From NCBI GenBank assembly GCA_945900705.1, contig CAMDKJ010000002.1, positions 1-46,180 of the forward strand: a DNA stretch of 46,180 bases. Reading direction: 5' to 3'. Each line of letters begins with the position of its first letter. Positions within the stretch are counted from its first letter, which is position 1. The notes beneath the pieces were generated by a model. That model saw only the letters and a list, made by a program, of their open reading frames with translations. It was not told the origin of the DNA and searched no databases. The DNA is from Bifidobacterium breve. Lineage in GTDB: Bacteria; Actinomycetota; Actinomycetes; S36-B12. This document shows, piece after piece, positions 9,601-18,974 of this stretch. Position numbers and translations under genes: made by a program.

Positions 9601-9636
9601 ACCCCCTCGTCCGTGCAAACGGATAAGCGTTGACGC

Positions 9637-9668
9637 GGGGGGCAGCAATCTTCGGATTGCTGCCCCCC
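9637..9668 (+). terminator. intercistronic GC-rich stem-loop (attenuator/mRNA stabiliser)
   Basis: Perfect 14-bp stem GGGGGGCAGCAATC / GATTGCTGCCCCCC with a TTCG loop, 37 nt after the binding-protein stop and before the permease gene. No T-tract follows. Confidence 0.5.
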
Positions 9669-9765
9669 GTTACGCAACTTGAAGGTAATCTCTTGCCGAG
9701 ACCAGATTCCCCTGAAAACCGCCTGACGCTGAGCACCGCCAGGCAGCTACGTTGGAGGCCCCAAG

Positions 9766-10815
9766 TTGAGTAACCCCAACAGCGGCACCATTGACCTTGC
9801 CGAGGAGTTCCTCGGTCGCCGCACCCCGATGCAACGCATCCAGGTCACCCTGCACCGCTACCCATACCTGAGCCCGCTGGTCGTACTCATTGTCGCCTTG
9901 ATCATCTTCACGTTGATCAACCCGAGGTTCGTCCTGCCGGGCAACTTGTCCTTCATCACCCAACAGACCGTAGTAATCGGCACCCTTGCCATCGCTCAGA
10001 CCTTGATAATCTTGACGGCCGGGATTGACCTGTCCATCGGCGCGATAATGGTCTTCGGCCAGATGGTGATGGCCAACCTCGCTATCACCGCAGCTTCAAA
10101 CGCAACCAACTTCGGTCTCCCGCCGTGGCTCGCGATCACCATAGGTATTTGTGCTTCTATTTTGGCGGGGGCGATCAATGGCTTCTTAATTGTGAAATTA
10201 AGTCTGCCGCCATTCATTGTCACCTTGGGCACCTTGAGTGTGTTCACCGCATTAACGCTCATCTTGTTCAAGGCCCGCACCATCCAGGGGCCGGAAATGC
10301 CCGATCTGCTAAAGGTCATGGGGGTCGCGATCAAGATCGGGTCCTTCCAATTGATGGTCGGCGTGATTGTGATGCTCGTACTCTTCGCGATCTTCACTTA
10401 TGTATTGCGGATGACCTCGTGGGGTACGCATATCTACGCGGTTGGTGATGATCCGCAAGCCGCCGAACTCTCCGGGATCTCGACCAAGCGGGTGCTGTTC
10501 AGCGTCTACGTGGTCGCCGGTTTCATAACCGGTATCGGCGCGTGGATATATATCGGACGCACCGGCGCGGCCAGCCCAAACGCGGATCCGAGCATAAACC
10601 TTGACACCATCACCGCCGTCGTAATCGGCGGCACCTCGCTATTTGGTGGAAGGGGCACCTTGATCGGCACCCTCCTCGGTGCCTTCATCGTCGTCGTCGT
10701 CGAAAACGGATTGGCCCTAGCCGGCCTTGACCAGGCATACCGCGTCCTGGCAATCGGCATCCTTGTCATTGCCGCAGTCGCCCTTGATCAATGGATTCGA
10801 AAGGTGCGCGCATGA
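9766..10815 (+). CDS. sugar ABC transporter permease (RbsC/FrcC-like)
   Basis: 349 aa and polytopic, with GGTSLFGGRG and similar motifs typical of CUT2 permeases. It lies in an operon with the binding protein and the ATPase. Confidence 0.85.
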   Translation: MSNPNSGTIDLAEEFLGRRTPMQRIQVTLHRYPYLSPLVVLIVALIIFTLINPRFVLPGNLSFITQQTVVIGTLAIAQTLIILTAGIDLSIGAIMVFGQMVMANLAITAASNATNFGLPPWLAITIGICASILAGAINGFLIVKLSLPPFIVTLGTLSVFTALTLILFKARTIQGPEMPDLLKVMGVAIKIGSFQLMVGVIVMLVLFAIFTYVLRMTSWGTHIYAVGDDPQAAELSGISTKRVLFSVYVVAGFITGIGAWIYIGRTGAASPNADPSINLDTITAVVIGGTSLFGGRGTLIGTLLGAFIVVVVENGLALAGLDQAYRVLAIGILVIAAVALDQWIRKVRA

Positions 10816-11630
10816 GCACTCAAACCTTGGCCCTTGATCCACTGCTCACTTGCCGCGGACTGGTTAAGTCATTCGGTCACGTCATCGGCCTCAATGGCGC
10901 TGACCTGGACCTTTATCCTGGCGAGGTACTCGCGGTGGTCGGTGATAACGGTGCCGGCAAGAGCACGATGATCAAATGCGTTGCTGGAGCGTTGATACCC
11001 GATACCGGTGAAATCACTCTGAATGGGGAGCGCAAAGACTTCAAACGCACCCAAGACGCCCGCCTGCAGGGGATCGAGACCGTCTTCCAGACCCTCGCGG
11101 TTTCACCGGCACTTGATATCGCCAGCAATTTGTATCTCGGCCGCGAACTGCGTAAGCCCGGGGTAATCGGAAAAGTATTTCGCATGCTCGACAAGAAGCG
11201 CATGCGCACCGAAGCCAGCCAGCATCTTCAAGATCTCGGCATCGGCACCGTCCAAAGCATCACCCAAACCGTGGAGACGTTATCCGGCGGGCAGCGCCAG
11301 GCGGTCGCAGTAGCCCGCGCGGCCGTCTTCGGCAGCAAACTCATAATTCTCGATGAGCCCACCGCAGCGCTCGGGGTTCGCGAATCAGCCCGCGTTCTGC
11401 AATTGATCAAGGACCTCCGCGATCGCGGCCTGCCCGTCATTTTGATCAGTCACAACATGCCTCAGGTGTTCGAGGTTGCCGACCGCATCCACGTGCAACG
11501 CCTCGGGCGACGCGCCGCCGTTGTCACTCCGCAAACTCACACCATGAACGATGTGGTGGCGATCATGACCGGTGCAATGACAGTGGACGAAAAGGATCAA
11601 GCCCTCGGCCCGGTGCGGTCAGCCAACTAA
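10812..11630 (+). CDS. sugar ABC transporter ATP-binding protein (single NBD, FrcA-like)
   Basis: Walker A (GDNGAGKST), ABC signature (LSGGQRQ) and Walker B (LIILDEPT). The ATG at 10812 overlaps the permease stop (ATGA). Confidence 0.9.
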   Translation: MSTQTLALDPLLTCRGLVKSFGHVIGLNGADLDLYPGEVLAVVGDNGAGKSTMIKCVAGALIPDTGEITLNGERKDFKRTQDARLQGIETVFQTLAVSPALDIASNLYLGRELRKPGVIGKVFRMLDKKRMRTEASQHLQDLGIGTVQSITQTVETLSGGQRQAVAVARAAVFGSKLIILDEPTAALGVRESARVLQLIKDLRDRGLPVILISHNMPQVFEVADRIHVQRLGRRAAVVTPQTHTMNDVVAIMTGAMTVDEKDQALGPVRSAN

Positions 11631-12617
11631 CTGCACGGCGGCGCTGCAGCCGCTGCTCAATGAAGCTTGCACCGCCTCAACGGCCGCTAGGGAGCGCACC
11701 CCATCCCAGCCGGTGACTAGCGGAGTTGCACCCTCATGCACCGCTCGGTCAAATGCTCGCACCGTGGTGACATAAAGATCATCGCGCGGACCGACTTCGA
11801 TGTCAGTAACCTGATGGTCCCTGAAGAGTCGGACCTCACCGATCGGGTCACCCGTCATGCACCCGCTGGAACGAATTGCCCCTCGCGTACCAAGGATTTC
11901 CAGCCATGTTGGCAGGTGGTAGTTATCGTACGAATCATGGGTTTGGACGATGACTTCGTCGGTCCAGTTCACCACTGTCATAAGTGACTGAGCGACGACC
12001 GCACCCGTGCGTTCGGCCGCATAAACCCGAAGTGCTTGGCCGCCGATCAAGGCGCGAACCGCGGCCACGTCGTGGACGAATACGTCGTAGGCCACGCCGC
12101 CGCCGATTGGGTCATCAACACGCCAGCCCTGCAGATGCTGGGGCAGGCCCACCGCGTGATTAACATGGATGGCGCGTACCTGCCCGATGGCTCCATCGGC
12201 CACTAAAGTCCTCATGATCCGATGGGTTGGTGAGGCAGGCAGGTGATGATTCGTGGCCATCACTACACCTGCTCGCTCGCACGCCTCCACCATCGCTCTC
12301 GCGTCGGCCACCGTCAACGCTAAGGGCTTTTCGGCAAGTACATGTTTACCGGCCGCAGCGGCGGCCACCACCTGATCATGGTGCTTTTCATTCGTTGAGC
12401 TCACGTACACCGCGTCGACGTCTGCACGATTGAGTAACTCGTCAACACTGGTGGTCCAAGAATTGATTTCGTGGGTCGCCGCGTACGCAGCAGCCCAATC
12501 CCGCGAACCAGATTGCACGGCGGTGATGGTGTCGCCCACCTCATTGATGGCGGGGATCAAGCGGGTCGCGGCAATATCACTGGCACCGATAAGTGCCCAA
12601 CGCAGGGGTGGTGTCAT
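11619..12617 (-). CDS. Gfo/Idh/MocA-family NAD(P)-dependent oxidoreductase
   Basis: N-terminal Rossmann motif (WALIGASDIA) and the EKP motif (VLAEKPLA). 332 aa. Lies 20 nt downstream of the GntR gene. Confidence 0.85.
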   Translation of the reverse strand: MTPPLRWALIGASDIAATRLIPAINEVGDTITAVQSGSRDWAAAYAATHEINSWTTSVDELLNRADVDAVYVSSTNEKHHDQVVAAAAAGKHVLAEKPLALTVADARAMVEACERAGVVMATNHHLPASPTHRIMRTLVADGAIGQVRAIHVNHAVGLPQHLQGWRVDDPIGGGVAYDVFVHDVAAVRALIGGQALRVYAAERTGAVVAQSLMTVVNWTDEVIVQTHDSYDNYHLPTWLEILGTRGAIRSSGCMTGDPIGEVRLFRDHQVTDIEVGPRDDLYVTTVRAFDRAVHEGATPLVTGWDGVRSLAAVEAVQASLSSGCSAAVQLVG

Positions 12618-12637
12618 ACGTACATTCTGGCACGCAG

Positions 12638-13435
12638 CTACGCGCTGGCTTCCACTATTTCAAGATGTCGTCCGGATAGTCGAGGCGTCTCCGACTCAGG
12701 TGTCCCCTTCGTTCGAACCACCATGACCGTCCTGTCCGCGCGGAACAGATCAGTTGAGTGCTCGAAGATCCTGCCCTGCGTATCGCGGGTAGTTCTACGC
12801 ACAGCGAGCAACGGCTGCCCGGTGGCTACTTCGAGAATAGAAGCTTCCTGCGGACTTGCGAGAACCACCTCAATTCTCTCGGTCGCCTCTGCCGGTCGAA
12901 TTGCGTATTCACGATCAAGCAGCTCATACAGGGAACCTGCGAGATCTCGTTCCGGTAGTCCATCCACCAAGTAGGCGGGGAGCATCGCCTGCTCCAGCGA
13001 GATCGGTGTACCGTCCGCGAAACGAATGCGCACCAGATCGACGATTAGATCCTCCGGATCAATGGCTAGTGCTACTGCAACATCCGGTCCGGCCGCTCGC
13101 ACAGCAAGGCTAACGATGCGCGAACCCGCGGTGAATCCCTGATCCCGGAGTAACTGCGGGACGTTGACGATGCGCGAGAGATCGCGTTCGACTTTGGTGG
13201 ATCCGACGAACACTCCGCCACCACGCCCGCCGATGCGGTTGACGTGGCCACTTCGCTCGAGCACTGCCAGTGCGGCGCGCACGCTGGTGCGACTCACACC
13301 TAGGTCAGCGGCAAGATCGCGCTCAGCACCAATGCGAGCTCCTCGCTGGAGACCCGTCTCGTTTATGAGAGCAAGGATGTCCTGTCGCACATTTTCGCCC
13401 GTGGGACCTAGTGCGGCTCCACTATCGGTGACCAA
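12638..13435 (-). CDS. GntR-family (HutC-like, UTRA domain) transcriptional regulator
   Basis: Winged-helix region (RIGAERDLAADLGVSRTSVRAALAVLERSGHV) plus a C-terminal effector domain of about 150 aa. It is the last gene of the BMC operon. Confidence 0.85.
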   Translation of the reverse strand: MVTDSGAALGPTGENVRQDILALINETGLQRGARIGAERDLAADLGVSRTSVRAALAVLERSGHVNRIGGRGGGVFVGSTKVERDLSRIVNVPQLLRDQGFTAGSRIVSLAVRAAGPDVAVALAIDPEDLIVDLVRIRFADGTPISLEQAMLPAYLVDGLPERDLAGSLYELLDREYAIRPAEATERIEVVLASPQEASILEVATGQPLLAVRRTTRDTQGRIFEHSTDLFRADRTVMVVRTKGTPESETPRLSGRHLEIVEASA

Positions 13436-13447
13436 TTTGCGAACGTC

Positions 13448-14233
13448 CTAATCCATCGCCTCGAGGGCGGACATGGACTCCGGAAGGACCTGCCCACCGT
13501 CGATAACTAGAGCCTGGCCAGTGATGTAAGCGGCCTCGTCGGTGGCGAAGAATAACGCCGCATTTCCAATGTCCGCAACCTCACCCAGCCGTCGCTGCGG
13601 AATAGACATCTCCATCGAGCGGCGGTAGTCCTCACCCATCTCCGCAAGGCCCTCCGTGGCTATATTTCCAGGTAGCACCGCGTTCACTGTGATTTTGTGG
13701 GCCGCCAATTCAATGGCCGCCGTCCTCATGAAACCGAGTTGGGCTGCCTTGCTGGCTCCATAGTGCGACCATCCGGGAAAGCCTGTGTACGGCCCGGTGA
13801 TTGATGAAGTAAGAATAACTCGGCCGCGGCCACTCTTGGACAACGCAGGAATACACGCTTGAACACTAAGAAGAGTTCCCTTAATATTTGTATCAAGTAC
13901 TAAGTCCATGTCACTTTCGGACATGTCGACGAGTTTGCTAGCGGGAAATATCCCGGCATTCGCGCACAGGACGTCGATGCCGCCATTATGTTCGACCGCC
14001 ATGGCAGCCATGGCAGCCGTTGACTCGCGATCGGTAACATCGCCAAGGAAATAAGTGACCCGCCCCGAGCCGAGTGAACTCAATTCCTGGGCAGTACTAG
14101 CCGCGTCCTTCTCATTGCGCCCGGTGATCAACACGTTGGCGCCCGCGCGGGCAAAGACTTGGGCGATACCCTTGCCGATACCTTTGGTGGCTCCGGTAAC
14201 GATCACTGATCGCCCTGCGATCGAGGTGAACAT
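13448..14233 (-). CDS. short-chain dehydrogenase/reductase (candidate aminoacetone reductase / 1-amino-2-propanol dehydrogenase)
   Basis: TGATKGIG cofactor motif and a Y-x-x-x-K catalytic motif (YGASKAA). The stop abuts the kinase gene. Its position matches the SDR of RMM loci. Confidence 0.85.
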   Translation of the reverse strand: MFTSIAGRSVIVTGATKGIGKGIAQVFARAGANVLITGRNEKDAASTAQELSSLGSGRVTYFLGDVTDRESTAAMAAMAVEHNGGIDVLCANAGIFPASKLVDMSESDMDLVLDTNIKGTLLSVQACIPALSKSGRGRVILTSSITGPYTGFPGWSHYGASKAAQLGFMRTAAIELAAHKITVNAVLPGNIATEGLAEMGEDYRRSMEMSIPQRRLGEVADIGNAALFFATDEAAYITGQALVIDGGQVLPESMSALEAMD

Positions 14234-15223
14234 TCAATCCTCCTCGAGGTTCTTAAAAGCAAAGGCCAAGAACTCCTCCGCCAGCCGACAACTGTCATAA
14301 GTGTACTGCGGTCCCATGGCTTGAGCAGTCTCGGTGGTCGAATGGGATCCGATCCAAGCCACAAGGAGCATACGACGGAACATGATGAAGGTGCGAAGCT
14401 CCTGCACCTCGGCAGCACTCAATGGGGCGACTGTCCGGTATCCGCGGACCCATGCATCCACGAGTTCCGGCACATACGGCTCGTGCTCGATGAAAGACAG
14501 CGACGATGCAAGGTCATACATGAACCACGAGAGGCCACAATCATCAAAATCAATCACCGTCACGTCAGGTCCATCAACCAAGAGGTTCGCCAAACGCATA
14601 TCCGCGTGGATGAGTCCCCAACGGTCCGCGGACTTCCCCCACAGTTGAAGACGCTCCCCAATCTTGTCCGCGCATCGGGAGAGAGTAGTTTTGGACTGCG
14701 CATCCATCCCGAGGCCGTCCTGCCACCTCCCCCAGTGTCCGTGCTCGCCGAGTGCGGTGTCGAAGTCCCATCTGAATCGAGTGAAGCCAGCAGGGCGAGA
14801 CCAACGGCGCGAATGGTCATGCAGTCGCGCAGTTATTGCCCCCACCTGCTCAAAGTCCTGAGCTAGGCGGTCCTGCGTCGGTTCCGCCCCAAGGGCCCAA
14901 CTAAAACGGCAGATGAAACGCTCATCGCCCACGCTCGGAAGGACAACGGCGATGCTATCTCCATCCGAGGTTTTCATGAGCGCCGGCGTCCGCACAATGC
15001 CTTCATTGCGCAGCGCGTTGATCCACATTAATTCGCTCTCAATCGACTCGCGCGTGTGGTAGTTCGTGCGATGTACCCTGAGCACGCTCCGTTCACTCGG
15101 CAGGTCTATTCGAAATGTCGCGTTCTCCGAGATATTCAACAGGGTTAGCGGAGTCGACTCGTCCAAGCCAAAAGCCGGAAGCGCACGGCGGGCATAGACC
15201 TCCCACCCCACAACTTCATCCAC
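14234..15223 (-). CDS. APH-fold phosphotransferase (candidate 1-amino-2-propanol kinase)
   Basis: Brenner-type motif HADMRLANLL and metal-binding IDFDD. GTG start with a GGGAG Shine-Dalgarno sequence. Synteny matches the amino-alcohol kinase of the M. smegmatis RMM locus. Confidence 0.8.
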   Translation of the reverse strand: MDEVVGWEVYARRALPAFGLDESTPLTLLNISENATFRIDLPSERSVLRVHRTNYHTRESIESELMWINALRNEGIVRTPALMKTSDGDSIAVVLPSVGDERFICRFSWALGAEPTQDRLAQDFEQVGAITARLHDHSRRWSRPAGFTRFRWDFDTALGEHGHWGRWQDGLGMDAQSKTTLSRCADKIGERLQLWGKSADRWGLIHADMRLANLLVDGPDVTVIDFDDCGLSWFMYDLASSLSFIEHEPYVPELVDAWVRGYRTVAPLSAAEVQELRTFIMFRRMLLVAWIGSHSTTETAQAMGPQYTYDSCRLAEEFLAFAFKNLEED

Positions 15224-15237
15224 CTTTGTCTCCCTCG

Positions 15238-15897
15238 CTACTGGTCTCTCCCCTGGATACCAAGGAGAGCAGATCCGATGGCCGCGCGCGCGCTGTTCAC
15301 CGCAACCGTTGAACCAGCAAGGTACACGCGACCTGCAGCGCCGATCATCTGCACGTCGACCAGAGTCAAGTCCGGTGCCGCCTTCTCGGCTTCATTCGCT
15401 GCGACAGCCGCGAATAGCGCCGGCGTCATCTCGAAGATAAGCAGGCTTTGGCCTGGCAGCAGCATCGACGCCTGCCGGTTTCGGTTAATTATCACCGCGT
15501 GCTGGTCGGTTATGTCATCGATGACATCGTGGTACAGAACGCGAGGGCGCAATTGGTCCTCCGCTCGCGCACCGATACCGGAGAGAATCGCTGCCCCGGC
15601 GGCCTCAACGTCCGCCAACTTATCCCCGTGCACCTCGAGCACCCCGAACTGGCGCTCGACGAACAAGATGCCGGGCTCGATCGCCGGCACCGCTCGTAGC
15701 GCAAGATCGGTGACACGCTCAATGGCCAGCCCGGGAGCCACCTCCACGATGAGCGCGTGCTGTCCTGCGTACGGCGGGTAGCCCCGTGCTCGCGTGGGGG
15801 TGCCGAGGAGTGCAGCGAACTGAGGCTGAAGGTCCTGGATCTGCAGGTAGACCCTGAGTTCAGGTGACGCCGTCTCGGGCAGCCCTGACACCTTCAC
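15238..15897 (-). CDS. BMC shell protein, tandem BMC domains (BMC-T)
   Basis: 219 aa with two BMC-like halves ([18 protein letters not shown]...[11 protein letters not shown], and [20 protein letters not shown]...AAGRVYLAG). Paralogous to 16804..17406. GTGA overlap with the BMC-H stop. Confidence 0.8.
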   Translation of the reverse strand: MKVSGLPETASPELRVYLQIQDLQPQFAALLGTPTRARGYPPYAGQHALIVEVAPGLAIERVTDLALRAVPAIEPGILFVERQFGVLEVHGDKLADVEAAGAAILSGIGARAEDQLRPRVLYHDVIDDITDQHAVIINRNRQASMLLPGQSLLIFEMTPALFAAVAANEAEKAAPDLTLVDVQMIGAAGRVYLAGSTVAVNSARAAIGSALLGIQGRDQ

Positions 15898-16175
15898 TCG
15901 GCAGTGACAATGAAGTTCTTGGATAGTTCTGCGTGCGGACGTGGGATGACGTGCACGCTGATCAACTCTCCAACTTGTCCCGCGGCTTCTGATCCAGCCT
16001 CGGTGGCAGCCTTGACTGCACCTACGTCACCTACGATCGTGACCGCAACTAGGCCGTCACCGACCTGCTCGCGGCTGATTATCACTACATTGGCAGCTTT
16101 GACCATAGCGTCCGCCGCAGCTAGCGCTGCGACGTAACCCTTGGTCTCAATCATGCCGATTGCGTTGTTCGACAT
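15894..16175 (-). CDS. BMC shell hexamer protein (BMC-H, PduA/CcmK-like)
   Basis: 93 aa with the canonical motif [30 protein letters not shown]...[13 protein letters not shown]. Confidence 0.95.
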   Translation of the reverse strand: MSNNAIGMIETKGYVAALAAADAMVKAANVVIISREQVGDGLVAVTIVGDVGAVKAATEAGSEAAGQVGELISVHVIPRPHAELSKNFIVTAE

Positions 16176-16220
16176 TCTTTTTCCCTTCGTAGTGCCGGGC
16201 GGTGGGCCCGGCGTGCTGGA

Positions 16221-16469
16221 TTACTGCGAACTCTCGTCAATCGATCCGATAATGAGAGCGTCAATGGGTGGAGCCACTCCTTCTAACCACGCGGACGCAA
16301 CGGAACCCGTAGCCACTAGGACCAATTCACCAATACCCGAGCCGAGGACATCGAAGGCAATTAGGCGTGTGCCTGCCGGTTCGACCTCTACTTCCAGGAA
16401 TGCGCCGGTGGGAATGCCCGAAATCTTCTTCGTTGACCAAACTTTGCCAACAACCTTTGCCTTCAGCAT
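16221..16469 (-). CDS. BMC vertex pentamer protein (BMC-P, EutN/CcmL-like)
   Basis: 82 aa, MLKAKVVGKVWSTKK...LVLVATGSVA...DALIIGSIDE, which is the typical EutN/CcmL pattern. Confidence 0.9.
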   Translation of the reverse strand: MLKAKVVGKVWSTKKISGIPTGAFLEVEVEPAGTRLIAFDVLGSGIGELVLVATGSVASAWLEGVAPPIDALIIGSIDESSQ

Positions 16470-16477
16470 GACTTACC

Positions 16478-16804
16478 TCATTCCTCGATTCGGATGATAT
16501 CGATGCCACTTATCTTGGCCCGCTCGCGAGCCAGCGGCGTTACCACTACACGACGGGTAATCCAGATGCTCGAACCATCAACTTCCGCAGCGCGCACCTG
16601 ACGCTCAGTTAGAGCACCGCGGGTGACGTGATGCTTCACTGCGACTGCTGCCGTGGTTTTCGCAGGGGAGCCCGCCTCCAGCTTGATAGAACCGTTCTGC
16701 ATTGCGGCACTTATCTCCTCCGCTATTACCTCCTTTAGAACATCGCGTACGACCTCGCGGATCACCTCGCGCAGGAGCTCACTGGACACCTGATTGGCCA
16801 CCAT
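16478..16804 (-). CDS. BMC-locus protein of unknown function with an N-terminal encapsulation-peptide-like helix
   Basis: 108 aa. Residues about 7-33 (SSELLREVIREVVRDVLKEVIAEEISA) form an amphipathic helix resembling PduD/PduP targeting peptides. An Ala/Pro linker follows, then a domain of about 55 aa. The ATG shares one base with the upstream stop (TAATG). Confidence 0.65.
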   Translation of the reverse strand: MVANQVSSELLREVIREVVRDVLKEVIAEEISAAMQNGSIKLEAGSPAKTTAAVAVKHHVTRGALTERQVRAAEVDGSSIWITRRVVVTPLARERAKISGIDIIRIEE

Positions 16805-17406
16805 TAGCCGACCGCCTTCATCGCGCTCTCTGCCGCACTAGCGGCGGCCCTGACTTCGGATTCGAGACCGGTCAGGTACACCCGCCCGGTGGCTCCGACC
16901 ATTCGATAATCGACCACCTTTATCCTCGACGCTTTCTCAGCCTCGTTGGTCGCAAGGATCGCGTAACTAGCTGGCTGCATTTCCATGACGTACATTGACT
17001 CACCGGGGATCGCCATCGAGCCGATCTTGTTCCGATTTATCAAGAAGGCATGCTGCCGATCGAGTTTGGAAACGACACGCGAAGCCAGCACTTGCGGCTT
17101 GATCGCAGTCGCAGCACTAACTTGAAGATGCTCGAGTACAGCATCTGCGGCACTGCGCACCTCACTGGTTGGGCCATGCAGCTCTAAATACCCGAACTGG
17201 CGTTCAACCAAGAGAATTCCTGCACCGACCCCAGAGTGTTTGAGGGCAATATCAGTGATGGGCTCGATATCTAGTCCTGGTGCGACCTCGATGATTTGCG
17301 CCGCGACATCGGCGCGGGGCAGCGCCCCACGCACCCACGTGCCCAAGTAGCACATGGTCTGCGGTTGCAGCCTGTCTAGGAAAATGAAGGAACGCAGTTC
17401 AGCCAC
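16804..17406 (-). CDS. BMC shell protein, tandem BMC domains (BMC-T)
   Basis: 200 aa with two BMC halves (EVAPGLDIEPITDIALKH...ERQFGYLELHG, and MEMQPASYAILATNEAEKAS...ATGRVYLTG). Paralog of 15238..15897. Confidence 0.8.
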   Translation of the reverse strand: MAELRSFIFLDRLQPQTMCYLGTWVRGALPRADVAAQIIEVAPGLDIEPITDIALKHSGVGAGILLVERQFGYLELHGPTSEVRSAADAVLEHLQVSAATAIKPQVLASRVVSKLDRQHAFLINRNKIGSMAIPGESMYVMEMQPASYAILATNEAEKASRIKVVDYRMVGATGRVYLTGLESEVRAAASAAESAMKAVG

Positions 17407-17408
17407 AG

Positions 17409-18974
17409 TCAGCCCTTAATGATCTGTCGTAGTTCGTCGATAACAAGCCTTCGGATCTCCTCGCGGAGGTCATCGGTCCCGGAGAATTCGACAGGATTCG
17501 ACGGCTGCGGTATGACCGGGGCACCCTCTAGATTGGACGCAATTGGGTACGCCGGCACGCTACCCTCTGGCACCGACCATGAGTTGAGATCAGTGAAGTC
17601 CGGCATGAGTACCGACTGATTCGAATTGTAGGCAATCAGCGTCTGATTGATGAAGTGCTTGGGTTGCAAGTTTTCGCCCAGCGATGACCTGCCGAAGAAC
17701 CCGGTACCTATCGTCATGCTTGGCGCCAGAGCCGTCTGGATACCGGCACTCCCTAAACTATTGCCGACATTTACAGCCACCCGCAAGACCGGGAGTGCGG
17801 ACGCATAATCCATTGTCACTCGCGCATCTTGACTGTGAATCGCTGCGCTATGACCACGCCCCGAGTTGCGTAATACGGCGCGAGCAGCATCTATGCCCCG
17901 AGCAGCGCTCGAAACCGTGACCATCGCAAGGACCGGGCACAGTTTCTCGTGCGCCAGGGGTTCCTCTGGGACGATCAGGTCAATCGGTGCTACGAGGATC
18001 AGCGTCCCCTTTGGAACTTTGAGGTCACAGGCAGCCGCGATCTCCGCTGCGCTCTTGCCAACCCAGGCAGTGTCGAAATTACCGGCCGGGAAAATCAGGT
18101 CACGCACCACTTCAACCTGTTCTGTGCTCAGCAGACAAGCACCCGCCTTGGTAAGTTCCTTTGTGAAGCTAGTTAAAATGCTGTCCTCGACGATTAGCAC
18201 CGACTCACTGGTGCAAAGTATTGAATTGTCAAAGGACTTGCTCGCCACGATGCTCTGCGCAGCCGCAGCAAGATCCGCCGACTTCTCGACAAACACCGGG
18301 ACATTGCTGGGGCCTACGCCAAAGGCTGGATTACCACTTCGATAAGCGGCGCGAACCATAGGCGCACCACCTGTGGCAACAATTACATCCACACGTTCAT
18401 CTGTCATCAGTGCATTGATCAATGGGATTGAGGGCTGTTCCACAACCTGAATGACACCATCAGGTGCGCCTTCGGCGACCGCTGCATCCCGCATGGCGTA
18501 GGCGGCACTTGTGCACACACCCTTGGCGAAAGGATGCGGGGAAATGATAATGGTGTTGCGCGTTAGTAGGGCAAGCATGATCTTGAAGTAGACGGTGGCC
18601 ACGGGGTTAGTGGATGGAGTGAGCGCAAAGATTACGCCAGCCGGTCGGGGCACTTCGACAATCTTGTCGCCAGACAAGATCGTTGGGGTGACGTAGTCAT
18701 GGGACTCGTACGTGTTCCAGATTCCTACGGAGCAGGCCACGTTCTTCAAGACTTTATGCTCCACCACACCATAACCTGTTTCCTGCACCGCCAGCTCAGC
18801 AAACTCCCGAGCGTGATTCTCACCCGCAATCGCAGCCGCATGCGCGATGCGTCGAACCGAATCAATGTCGTAAGTTGCAAATGTTCGCGCCGCCCAAGTG
18901 GCCCGCTCCACCATGGCTCTTCCCCGCGGCACCCCCGCCGGTTCCAGCGGCATTTCAACCAGCGCTTGGGTCAT
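17409..18974 (-). CDS. CoA-acylating aldehyde dehydrogenase (PduP/EutE-like) with a C-terminal encapsulation peptide
   Basis: 521 aa. The catalytic Cys sits in FDNSILCTSESVLIV. The C-terminal tail is EFSGTDDLREEIRRLVIDELRQIIKG, an amphipathic helix. The start overlaps the upstream stop (ATGA). Confidence 0.9.
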   Translation of the reverse strand: MTQALVEMPLEPAGVPRGRAMVERATWAARTFATYDIDSVRRIAHAAAIAGENHAREFAELAVQETGYGVVEHKVLKNVACSVGIWNTYESHDYVTPTILSGDKIVEVPRPAGVIFALTPSTNPVATVYFKIMLALLTRNTIIISPHPFAKGVCTSAAYAMRDAAVAEGAPDGVIQVVEQPSIPLINALMTDERVDVIVATGGAPMVRAAYRSGNPAFGVGPSNVPVFVEKSADLAAAAQSIVASKSFDNSILCTSESVLIVEDSILTSFTKELTKAGACLLSTEQVEVVRDLIFPAGNFDTAWVGKSAAEIAAACDLKVPKGTLILVAPIDLIVPEEPLAHEKLCPVLAMVTVSSAARGIDAARAVLRNSGRGHSAAIHSQDARVTMDYASALPVLRVAVNVGNSLGSAGIQTALAPSMTIGTGFFGRSSLGENLQPKHFINQTLIAYNSNQSVLMPDFTDLNSWSVPEGSVPAYPIASNLEGAPVIPQPSNPVEFSGTDDLREEIRRLVIDELRQIIKG

